Source: Candidatus Saccharimonadota bacterium (lineage in GTDB: Bacteria; Patescibacteriota; Gracilibacteria; Absconditabacterales; Absconditicoccaceae). From it: a stretch of 32,000 bases of DNA. Every line of letters starts with the position of its first letter. Within the stretch, counting starts at the first letter, position 1. A model generated the notes under the pieces. It saw only the letters and a list, made by a program, of their open reading frames with translations, was not told where the DNA came from and made no database searches. Location: contig OZ246420.1 of NCBI GenBank assembly GCA_965231145.1, positions 630,001 to 662,000 on the forward strand. The letters are read 5' to 3'. Both the position numbers and the translations under genes were made by a program. Of this stretch, positions 19,209 through 27,452 are shown piece by piece.

Positions 19209-20015
19209 ATGGAACAACTTAATGTACTGCAATGTGAGATTATAGAACATCTTGGAAGGTTTGGCTTTTTGACAGGCTCGCAATTTCAGTTGTTGACGGG
19301 CAAGTCACCAAGTTACATTAGAGAGATGTTAGGCAACCTTAGCAAGAACGGCTATGTGCGTTCATTCCGCAATGCGATAAGCCATGCTATACACACGGAA
19401 AACATGTACGTAAACACGCCACGTTCAGTTGAGTTTTTGATAAGTCACAAAAATATCTTTCCTGATGACATTAAAACAACGACTACGACCGCAGTCGTAA
19501 AAGACTTTTTTCACCGTTACAACACAGTAACGGTATCTATCAAACTATGGCAGTTTCTTACCGCTAACAATATCTCTGTCAATCTTATGTCGACCTACTT
19601 CGATAAAGTAGGCAACCCAAAGAAAGGAACACTGATAGCGAAAACATCAATACCAATCGGTGAGGGGAAAATGCTGATACCCGACATAGTGTTTAAAACA
19701 GGAGCTGCACTATACTTGATTGAAATGTACTGCGATAAGGATACAAAGCGTATCATAAACCAATTGAGCTTACATGCTAAAGCAATAGCATTAGGAACAC
19801 CGGCAAGCAAGTTTGATATACCCAATACAAACCCCTGCATTGTGGCAGTTTTTGAACACTCAGGAATAAAGGAGGCCGTTATGAAGCGTTTAGCAGATAG
19901 CCCAGGCTTTCATCCAATCGCACACCTCTACTTTTTTGCTACGCTTGATGAGGTGAAAAATAATTGCGGTAACGCATGGCATACTATCACAGGCAAAAAG
20001 CTTGTGTTTTCATAA
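19209..20015 (+). CDS. replication-relaxation (Replic_Relax-like) family protein
   Basis: The N-terminal winged-helix pattern LQCEIIEHLGRFGFLTGSQFQLLTGKSPSYIREMLGNLSKNGYVRSF resembles this family. The gene lies immediately downstream of the coupling ATPase. Confidence 0.45.
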   Translation: MEQLNVLQCEIIEHLGRFGFLTGSQFQLLTGKSPSYIREMLGNLSKNGYVRSFRNAISHAIHTENMYVNTPRSVEFLISHKNIFPDDIKTTTTTAVVKDFFHRYNTVTVSIKLWQFLTANNISVNLMSTYFDKVGNPKKGTLIAKTSIPIGEGKMLIPDIVFKTGAALYLIEMYCDKDTKRIINQLSLHAKAIALGTPASKFDIPNTNPCIVAVFEHSGIKEAVMKRLADSPGFHPIAHLYFFATLDEVKNNCGNAWHTITGKKLVFS

Positions 20016-20034
20016 TCCTACTAAATACGAGATC

Positions 20035-20304
20035 ATGCAAGTAGAACTCATCACAAGGCAAGACCTTGAAAACTTTAAAAAGGAGTTACTGGAAGCATTT
20101 GCCACGTTTACAGGCAAGCAAAGCAACACACCAGCAAAGGAATGGCTACGCTCAAAAGAGGTGAAGCAACTACTTAACGTATCTAACGGAACCTTGCAAA
20201 ATTTGCGGATTAAAGGGCTACTCCACCCCACAAAAATCGAGGGGGTGTATTACTATAAGCTATCAGAAATACAAGCATTGCTTAATGCAGGAACAGGTCA
20301 ATAG
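20035..20304 (+). CDS. HTH_17/excisionase-family DNA-binding protein
   Basis: EWLRSKEVKQLLNVSNGTLQNLRIKGLLHPTKIEGVYYYKLSEIQALL is the typical MerR-like excisionase HTH of Bacteroidota mobile elements. The ATG is at 20035, within track ORF 20002-20304. Confidence 0.65.
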   Translation: MQVELITRQDLENFKKELLEAFATFTGKQSNTPAKEWLRSKEVKQLLNVSNGTLQNLRIKGLLHPTKIEGVYYYKLSEIQALLNAGTGQ

Positions 20305-20587
20305 CGATATGTTACAAGCCTTTTTTCGGGCTGTAAGAGAAGATGCACGGCTCTCAATCCCGCATCTATCGCTCTATTTCGTTTTGTATTACCAGTTTGT
20401 CAAAAATGGTAGTCAAAATCCAATTAGCGTGAATAGACGTGTAATCATGGACTTCTGCAAAATTCGATCTACGGCAACCTACCACAAGACGGTAAAAGAC
20501 CTGCACAATTTTGGATATATCAATTACTGTCCCTCATATCATCCAGCTATTGGTAGTCATATTTTCTTATACTTTTCAAATCCATGA
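20285..20587 (+). CDS. mobile-element-associated winged-helix protein (Bacteroidota type)
   Basis: HLSLYFVLYYQF...QNPISVNRRVIMDFCKIRSTATYHKTVKDLHNFGYINYCPSYHP matches a family routinely found beside HTH_17 genes in Bacteroidota transposons (recalled from memory). It has a TGA stop and an alternative ATG at 20309. Confidence 0.55.
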   Translation: MQEQVNSDMLQAFFRAVREDARLSIPHLSLYFVLYYQFVKNGSQNPISVNRRVIMDFCKIRSTATYHKTVKDLHNFGYINYCPSYHPAIGSHIFLYFSNP

Positions 20588-20687
20588 AATGCTTAACTGA
20601 TAAGGGTTTCAGCCAAAATTGTTCTAATTTTATTTTCCTGTCTCACCTCTTTTTCGTACTTTTATACATAGTTCTTTCGCAACTCAG

Positions 20688-20933
20688 TTCAGTGAGTTAT
20701 TCGGTGAGTAAATAAAAAGGCTTGCCAGTTTTCATTGATAGTCAATACATTAGCCGTTGGGTTCGACTCCCGCCGGCTCCACTAAGACACTATCAAAAGA
20801 AGCTAAAAAGCCTTGAAATCATTGATTTTAGGGCTTTTTTGTTTTTTGCCTTTATCAAAGTTTTCATTCTTGCCCAAACTTTCAGTGAGTGATTCAGTGA
20901 GTAAAAAAGTTTAGCAAATTTACTCACTGAAAA
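20688..20933. other. unsplit attP-like recombination region with arm-type repeats
   Basis: An imperfect direct repeat, ttcagtgagt-tattcggtgagtaaa (20688-20719) and ttcagtgagt-gattcagtgagtaaa (20881-20909), is joined by an inverted copy tttactcactgaaaa (20919-20933). These flank a tRNA/tmRNA-3'-end-like core. The region lies between the xis-like genes and the integrase. Confidence 0.5.
20753..20784 (+). other. tRNA/tmRNA 3'-end-like fragment (att core), not a gene
   Basis: gccgttGGGTTCGACTCCCGCCGGCTCCActa contains a T-loop and a 3' acceptor strand resembling the tmRNA/tRNA-Ala terminus (compare E. coli ssrA ...GGGTTCAACTCCCGCCAGCTCCACCA). No 5' half lies upstream. A hairpin with a T-run follows at 20805-20840. 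Confidence 0.6.
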
Positions 20934-21029
20934 CGCTGCAAATCATTGATAATGAACATGTTTAGATACTAAACATCTTGTTTGCGAAAGGCTACAAATT
21001 GAATTTTGTAACCGTAAAAATCAAAGCAT

Positions 21030-22268
21030 ATGTTAGAGCAAACGTTAGGTGTTCTTTTCTATCAGAAAAAACCAAAAGGCTACACTAAAGGCAGTGTGCC
21101 AGTTTACTTGCGAATTACCGTTAATGGTATTCCCAAAGAGATAGCAACAAAGCAAGTGTGTGAACCTGAACGCTGGAACAGCCATGCACAACGAGCAAAG
21201 GGAACAAATGAAGCAAGTAAATCACTCAATGCGTTTTTAGATACGCTTGAAAGGCAAGTACACGAAGCAAGGCGAACACTCATTGAGGGCCAAACGCCAA
21301 TAACCGCAGAAGCATTAAAGAACGTTCTTACTGGGCAAGGTGAACGCCCCCGGATGCTGTTAGAAATCTTTAAGCAGCACAACAAACAATTGAGTGCATT
21401 GGTGAATACCGAATTTGCACCCGCAACCATTAAACGGTATGATACCACCTACGAACATGTACGGGCATTCCTGCTGTTGAAATACAAGGTTACTGACATA
21501 GACATTAAAAGCCTGTCATTTTCTTTTGCCTCTGATTTTGAGTTTTATCTCAAAAGTGAAAAGAAGTGTAACCATAACAGCACTATAAAGTATATCGGCA
21601 ACGTACGCAAAATTGTAAACTACTGCCTTAAAAGTGGATGGCTGCAAAGAGACCCGTTTTTCGGCTTTAAGATGAATAAAAGAGAAGTAGCAAGGGAATA
21701 CCTTAGCCAGGAGGAAATTCAGGCATTAACCGACAAGAAATTCACCATAGACCGATTAAGCCAGGTGCGGGATATATTCCTCTTTAGCTGCTACACAGGA
21801 TTGGCTTTTATAGACGTGTTCCAGCTTACACCTTCACGGATAGCAAAGGGCATTGATGGTAATCAATGGATTTTTACGTTCCGGCAGAAAACGGACACAC
21901 CTACACGCATTCCGCTTTTACCACAGGCACAAGAAATTTTACTCAAATACCAAGCCAATCCTAAGTGTATAAATGAGGGTAAAGTTTTGCCAATCCTAAG
22001 TAATCAGAAAATGAATGCCTATCTGAAAGAGGTTGCTGATTTATGTGGCATTACTAAGCCCCTCACCTTTCACATTGCCCGCCATACGTTCGCTACTACC
22101 GTCACATTAAGCAATGGAGTGCCAATAGAGACGGTAAGTAAGATGCTAGGGCATAAGAGCATTAAGATAACGCAGCATTATGCAAAGATCATAGACAGGA
22201 AAGTAAGTGAGGATATGTTACTGCTACAAACACGGCTACATGGCGCAAAAAAGAGTCCAGCGATTTAG
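21030..22268 (+). CDS. tyrosine site-specific integrase (Bacteroidota type; standard code, no TGA)
   Basis: This is a 412-aa ORF with HIARHTFATTV (HxxR) and LGHKSIKITQHYAKI (catalytic Tyr). The N-terminus VYLRITVNGIPKEIATK is arm-binding-domain-like. It has a TAG stop. Confidence 0.85.
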   Translation: MLEQTLGVLFYQKKPKGYTKGSVPVYLRITVNGIPKEIATKQVCEPERWNSHAQRAKGTNEASKSLNAFLDTLERQVHEARRTLIEGQTPITAEALKNVLTGQGERPRMLLEIFKQHNKQLSALVNTEFAPATIKRYDTTYEHVRAFLLLKYKVTDIDIKSLSFSFASDFEFYLKSEKKCNHNSTIKYIGNVRKIVNYCLKSGWLQRDPFFGFKMNKREVAREYLSQEEIQALTDKKFTIDRLSQVRDIFLFSCYTGLAFIDVFQLTPSRIAKGIDGNQWIFTFRQKTDTPTRIPLLPQAQEILLKYQANPKCINEGKVLPILSNQKMNAYLKEVADLCGITKPLTFHIARHTFATTVTLSNGVPIETVSKMLGHKSIKITQHYAKIIDRKVSEDMLLLQTRLHGAKKSPAI

Positions 22269-22328
22269 CTGGACTTACATAATTTAGTATAGTATAACGA
22301 CATAAGTACAAAATCCTTTTTGTATGAC

Positions 22329-25300
22329 TTATTTCAAGTTTGCTTTAAGAACTTCAATTTTTTTTGACAAGGATTTATTAACTATTTTATCGGCATTTTC
22401 CTTTTCTGTTTGCTTCTTTTTAAATTCTAACAGCATCTTTTTCTGTTCGTCTATTGGAATTATAGGGATATTAAATGCTTCGATGTCTGTTTGATTGATA
22501 CTTGGATAAGATGATTTAGGCATCTTAGCCTCCATTTGTTTCATTAAATCATCAGAAAACATAAAAAGGTAATAGAGAAATTCTGTCAGGTATAATTTAT
22601 CGTCTTTTGATTTAATCAATGCAAATCCGGTAGAGAAAATAGCATCAGTCGGAACATCCTTTAAATAGGCAAAACCTCTTAAATATGGTCTAACGGTTGA
22701 AATAATCACCGTGTCATTTTCTGCTATTCTTCTTGCTCTTGATGGTGCATCAATTCCTTTCACCTTTTTAGCAAAAGAAATTATACCCGTTCCCTTCCCT
22801 ACGCTATCAATATCAATGTAACTAAATTCATCTTCGATGTATTTTTTAGCAGGATCAATTGTTTTATCATTAATTGCAAATAGCTGTCCAATTTTATTTG
22901 ATTTATTGTATTTTATATATGTTTGATTGATTTTACCTTTAATAAATTCAATTGCTTTTGTAGATGCTTCAATTGCTTTTAATTCTTCTTTCTCAATTAG
23001 ATTTATTTCTTTCTGAATTTTAGTTTGTGTCGTCGGTGAAGGTAAAGGAATTTTAATCCTGAGTAAATCGTCAAGATAAACATGAGGCTGTGCTTGACCT
23101 CTTTGTAATGAATATAGCTCAGATTGAATGGCCTTAAGATACAGATATATCAGTTTTGTAGAAATTTTTTTCTCTTCAAGAGACTGAATGGTAGTACAAT
23201 CAGAAGCAAAAATTGGGACTTCAAAATAGTTAGCGAATCCAGCATATGCTCCAGAAGCACTAACAGTAATTACATTGCCTTTTCTGTTTGATACGTTGTG
23301 ATAATATGCTAACTCTTGGCCACCCGCTATAACTGGAACTGAGCCATGAATTGTTTCATCTTGAGTAATTGAAGTGCCTTTTTTGAGCTCAGCTATTTCG
23401 CTTATTGGAGTCAGATTAGTTGTGTTCCAGATTTGCTCAAAGTTCATTTTTTTTTTACTAGAGACCGAAATGCTCTTATCAAATTCAGCCCTATCAAAAG
23501 TCAGCAAATCTATTAAGTTGCTACGGCTAATGTTATGCTGAAGTGATTCTGGTATATCAATATCAAAATCCCCTAAAAAGGCTTTGTAAATGTAAGTGCT
23601 TGCTTTTTCTGGATTCTCAAAAATGTGAGGATCGAAGAGCTTTGTACATTCTTCTATACTTTTTCCCTTTTTAATTGAATGAATGCCTTCACTGCCTCTA
23701 CGAGTACTGAATTCATATCCTAAGAATTGTTTTTCAGCATCCTTCGCCCCTGTCTTCATTAAAACGACTTTCTGCGAATATGCCAAGACAAAGTAAAATA
23801 TCTTATCCTGTTCTAACTCTAAAACCCTATTCCAAAATTCACCGTCAGTCTTGGCTTTTACCTTCTTTCTATACTCTTTATACAGATCATGTGATTTGAT
23901 ATTGTCGTTGGGTTGTTTCTTAAGTAGTGTTACATAATCACTAAATTTAATCCCTTCCCAAGCATGAATCAGGTACTTAGTTATCGGATTTTCGACGTTA
24001 TTGATAGCAATATCCTTGAAATCTGCGACAGCTCTTTTGACTAATTCAAACGTATTTATTGAGTCGTAATTGTTTCTTCTTCTTAAGAATAGAATGACCG
24101 TATTTGTGTCAGTAGCCATAAAAGTATTACTACCTAATTCAACAATACTCACAATATCAAAGTATTGTAGAATAATTTCTCTTGATTTGGTATAAATACC
24201 TCCATTACTTAAAATCGTTTTCGGAAGAATTATAGAGGCTATACCGCCATCTTTTAATAACTGCTTTGTACGTTCTACAAATAAGCATTCAATTTCACTA
24301 CTTTGATCCGTCAATTTATCATACAGCTCAAAGTCATCCTCAGTATAAAATTTTCTTGCATTATTTTTAAATGCCGAAACAGAATAAGGTGGATTTGATG
24401 CTACTATATCAAATTGCTTATTCTCTTTTGGAAAATCCTTATCTGTTTTTTTTAGGAGACCCTTATATTCTTCTGTCTTTGAGAAATTTCCAAGCCCATC
24501 AGTATGTATAATCTGCGCTAGCCCATCTCCATGGAGGTAACAACCTACCTTACCGACTTTAACTAAACGATAATCTTTTTCTATTCCATAAATATACTGG
24601 TAAGCCCAATCAAAGTGATCTGTTTTCCATGTTGAGATCTTTTTTGCGGTACTATCCATTAAGTATGACTTAGAATCTGTATTATCTATTATACTTTGGA
24701 CTACGTGCATACTCTCCGTAATGAAATGACCGCTACCTGCCGCGTAATCAATTATAGTTGGTAATAAATTATCCTTTTCACCTTTATTTAGTTTGTCCGC
24801 AACAATTTTATCTAAGGGAATACTTTTAATTATGAATTGCGCAATAGGGACGGGGGTAAAATACTGTCCCGATTCCTGTTTTAACCCGGTAGTAAGTAGG
24901 AGCTCAAAAAAATCGCTGAGATATTGTTGTTTCTTTGTATAGCGAATTTTAAATCCTTGCAATAATTCAACGACTTCCTTTACTACTTTAGCATTCTCAA
25001 TAAATGAATCATCATTAAAGACTTCCTTAATAGCAAACTCGTTGTTTTTTTTCAATCTAATCTCGGTAAACTCATCTAGTATTTGCTTCTTTGTGATCGC
25101 CGGCAATTGACCATATTTTTTTTCAAAATCCACATCTGAAATATCAGTAACAGATTTATCTAAAAACTCCTTCATGCCCTTTCTATAAAGGTCGGTTAAA
25201 CGCTTTTGGAAAGAGATATTGTCATCAGGTGGATAATCTATACCTTCATATTTATATGAAGTATAAAACCATTGAAAGGCAAGTTCATCATTGGGTTTAG

Positions 25301-26108
25301 TTACTTTTTCATCATATATTTTACAAAGAAAGAGTGTAAATATTTTATTGAAGGCATTGGGCTTATCAGACACTACATTGTGCCTAAGTATTTCTAAAAA
25401 TTGGTTGAAGATAAAACTACTATCTTCCTGTTTAATGTCCTTTAAATTATTAGGAGTTAGTGCCTTGCTTTGAAAATCGTAGGCGTTTACCCAGGCATCA
25501 AACACGCCGTTATTCTTAGGCAGTTTGTTCCAACGATCGTAAAAATCTTTTACATTCCCTGTCTGTCTATAATCATCTTCAACTTTGATAATTTCATTGC
25601 GATACTGCAATTTCCCTTTATCTAAGTATGAGGAATATAACATCAATATATCCGCATTCTTGTCTTGTTGAAAATAAGTGAACAGTTGACCCCCGTCTTT
25701 TAATATTTTCTTAAACTCTTTATCAAATTCTTGCCCGTGCGTTTTACATTCAATCATTAAATATGCTGTACCGTCTTCACGCAATACTAGAACATCAAGT
25801 ATGCCACTAGTTCCATGACCTGTAGCCCACGTTTTTTCAAGATGTATAGATTTGGGCTTGTATCCTTTCGTGAGTAGCCTATCTACACACTCTAAAACAA
25901 CGAAATTTTCGGGATCTTTAAAATTACATGTCGTTTTTCTACCGATAGCTATATCACTACCGTAATCAATTGACTCACTAGCAAAGTCAATTTTTATTTT
26001 ATAGTCTCCGTGATTAGGATATTTCTTAATCCAAGAATCCTGCACTCCGTTTTCGAGAGCGAATCCCAAAGCTTTAAGTAATCCTTTTATGTCGAGATTT
26101 GCTTTCAT
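22329..26108 (-). CDS. single-polypeptide R-M-S restriction-modification enzyme (Type IIB/IIG-like, AloI/CjeI-type architecture)
   Basis: This is a 1259-aa ORF. The N-terminus has a PD-(D/E)xK-like motif, GILDVLVL...AYLMIECK. The gamma-class N6-adenine methyltransferase motifs are IIDYAAGSGHF (I) and IVASNPPYS (IV). The C-terminus has two HsdS-like target-recognition domains (...VPVIAGGQELAYYH... and ...TVIISTVRPYLRGFAYL...) separated by coiled-coil spacers. Confidence 0.75.
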   Translation of the reverse strand: MKANLDIKGLLKALGFALENGVQDSWIKKYPNHGDYKIKIDFASESIDYGSDIAIGRKTTCNFKDPENFVVLECVDRLLTKGYKPKSIHLEKTWATGHGTSGILDVLVLREDGTAYLMIECKTHGQEFDKEFKKILKDGGQLFTYFQQDKNADILMLYSSYLDKGKLQYRNEIIKVEDDYRQTGNVKDFYDRWNKLPKNNGVFDAWVNAYDFQSKALTPNNLKDIKQEDSSFIFNQFLEILRHNVVSDKPNAFNKIFTLFLCKIYDEKVTKPNDELAFQWFYTSYKYEGIDYPPDDNISFQKRLTDLYRKGMKEFLDKSVTDISDVDFEKKYGQLPAITKKQILDEFTEIRLKKNNEFAIKEVFNDDSFIENAKVVKEVVELLQGFKIRYTKKQQYLSDFFELLLTTGLKQESGQYFTPVPIAQFIIKSIPLDKIVADKLNKGEKDNLLPTIIDYAAGSGHFITESMHVVQSIIDNTDSKSYLMDSTAKKISTWKTDHFDWAYQYIYGIEKDYRLVKVGKVGCYLHGDGLAQIIHTDGLGNFSKTEEYKGLLKKTDKDFPKENKQFDIVASNPPYSVSAFKNNARKFYTEDDFELYDKLTDQSSEIECLFVERTKQLLKDGGIASIILPKTILSNGGIYTKSREIILQYFDIVSIVELGSNTFMATDTNTVILFLRRRNNYDSINTFELVKRAVADFKDIAINNVENPITKYLIHAWEGIKFSDYVTLLKKQPNDNIKSHDLYKEYRKKVKAKTDGEFWNRVLELEQDKIFYFVLAYSQKVVLMKTGAKDAEKQFLGYEFSTRRGSEGIHSIKKGKSIEECTKLFDPHIFENPEKASTYIYKAFLGDFDIDIPESLQHNISRSNLIDLLTFDRAEFDKSISVSSKKKMNFEQIWNTTNLTPISEIAELKKGTSITQDETIHGSVPVIAGGQELAYYHNVSNRKGNVITVSASGAYAGFANYFEVPIFASDCTTIQSLEEKKISTKLIYLYLKAIQSELYSLQRGQAQPHVYLDDLLRIKIPLPSPTTQTKIQKEINLIEKEELKAIEASTKAIEFIKGKINQTYIKYNKSNKIGQLFAINDKTIDPAKKYIEDEFSYIDIDSVGKGTGIISFAKKVKGIDAPSRARRIAENDTVIISTVRPYLRGFAYLKDVPTDAIFSTGFALIKSKDDKLYLTEFLYYLFMFSDDLMKQMEAKMPKSSYPSINQTDIEAFNIPIIPIDEQKKMLLEFKKKQTEKENADKIVNKSLSKKIEVLKANLK

Positions 26109-26366
26109 TAGGTTATTACTAGTTAAATGATATAAATATCATTATGAAAAAACGGCAAAAAAGCAATAAATAATTTCTCTTCGCGACAGACCAGAATTAA
26201 GATTAATTTGAAATTTCACGCCCAACACTACACTGTCAGTTTTAAGCATAAATTACTATATTTGCAAACTTTTGCGAAAATATACTTTTTTTTGGTCAGA
26301 AAGACAAATGTGCGATAAGTATTGCTTTTGAATGGGTACAAAAACCCCGATTTTTCTTATAAAACG

Positions 26367-26388
26367 AGCTCCCAGCAAACCGGGAGCT
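26367..26388 (-). terminator. possible terminator hairpin downstream of 26512-26808
   Basis: The stem agctccc / gggagct has an 8-nt loop. On the minus strand it is followed by cgttttat. The T-run is weak. Confidence 0.3.
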
Positions 26389-26511
26389 GTGTGGTGTACG
26401 ACCCTTTCCCCTAAAGTTCCTGTCTGGTGGCATTCCATAAAGACAACTGCCACGTAGAGTTTGTTTGCTTTGCCGAAGGTTATTCGCACCAGTGCGCACT
26501 GTTTACCGTCT

Positions 26512-26808
26512 TTAGTATTCTTCTGCTAAAAGCAAGGTGCAGTAGTTGTATTCTTCTTCAAATTCCCCGCTTGAAATCATTTTCTTGTCAAGCTGGTCTA
26601 TTAAAAACAACTTTCTGCCGTGCTCATCAGTATAGACTTGCAGATAGTCTATGCCATTTTTTTGTTTAGCAAAGGTTTTTACGTCTTGGTAAATCGAGAT
26701 AATCTCCTCGAAATGTAACGTTTCAAAAACGCCCTTTGTCATGTAGAACTTACCAGAAAAGAAATACTCCTGGTCGTTCCGTTCTTGTGGTTGCCTTTCC
26801 CATGCCAT
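26512..26808 (-). CDS. small hypothetical protein
   Basis: This is a 98-aa ORF (alternative ATG at 26742, MTKGVFETLHF...). It has no in-frame TGA and a TAA stop. No family was recognised. Confidence 0.45.
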   Translation of the reverse strand: MAWERQPQERNDQEYFFSGKFYMTKGVFETLHFEEIISIYQDVKTFAKQKNGIDYLQVYTDEHGRKLFLIDQLDKKMISSGEFEEEYNYCTLLLAEEY

Positions 26809-26854
26809 TGTATTTTGTTTTGGTTTCTAATATCCCTCTTTTCAGAGGGTGTGC

Positions 26855-27250
26855 TTATTTTTCGGGTGCAAGCAGTTCGTTTATCGCTTCTCCTATTTTT
26901 TTTCTTACAGCTTCGTTTTTGATTTCGCCTAAAAGCTTACCAAGTCTGTTTATTGAAACAGCGCGAATCTGGCGCAATCTTAGGTAAGAGTTTTGGTAAA
27001 GCTTGTTATCATTATCCTTTAAAAGAATGAGATCGTGCTTATCTTTTAGCTTTTCACCTAATGCAGATGTAAGGGGTATAACGGTAACATCTTCGCCTCC
27101 CATGCTTTCCGGCGTTATGACAAGAGCAGGTCTTATGCCGGTTATCTCGCTACCGATGGTTGACGAAAAATTGACCGTGTAGATCTGTCGTTTCTTTATT
27201 GATTGCTGCTTGACGAGAGGTTTCGTATTTAGTCTTAGTTGCGTAATCAA
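26855..27250 (-). CDS. PemK/MazF-family toxin (possibly extends to ATG 27394 if TGA is read as Gly)
   Basis: RQIYTVNFSSTIGSEITGIRPALVITPE...VTVIPLTS matches the MazF/PemK core. The upstream 32-codon ORF (27394-27299) is in the same frame and separated by a single TGA. Confidence 0.65.
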   Translation of the reverse strand: MITQLRLNTKPLVKQQSIKKRQIYTVNFSSTIGSEITGIRPALVITPESMGGEDVTVIPLTSALGEKLKDKHDLILLKDNDNKLYQNSYLRLRQIRAVSINRLGKLLGEIKNEAVRKKIGEAINELLAPEK

Positions 27251-27452
27251 TCCTTCAACGTGCGCTGTTAGATTGTGTTCCTTGGGATTTTTGTTTCAAA
27301 CAAGTTCATCCCACAATGCTATTTTGTAACTTTTATTAAACACATCTTTGTCTGCTCCTTTTAAGCGCACTTCAATTTCATAATCTCTCAACATGGGCGT
27401 TCCGGTTATAAGGTAAAATAATAGTCGTGCATAGCTTCTGCCCATATCCCGT

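Noticed and set aside
20753-20784. A genuine tRNA or tmRNA gene upstream of the Bacteroidota-type integrase
   Set aside because: Only the T-loop and 3' acceptor strand are present. The sequence upstream is AT-rich with no D or anticodon arm or tmRNA body, so it is an att core rather than a gene.
26256-26987. ORFs 26256-26489(-), 26296-26499(-), 26427-26669(+) and 26736-26987(+)
   Set aside because: They are mutually overlapping or antisense to the 26512-26808 and PemK genes, and their translations are Cys/Phe/Leu-rich noise.
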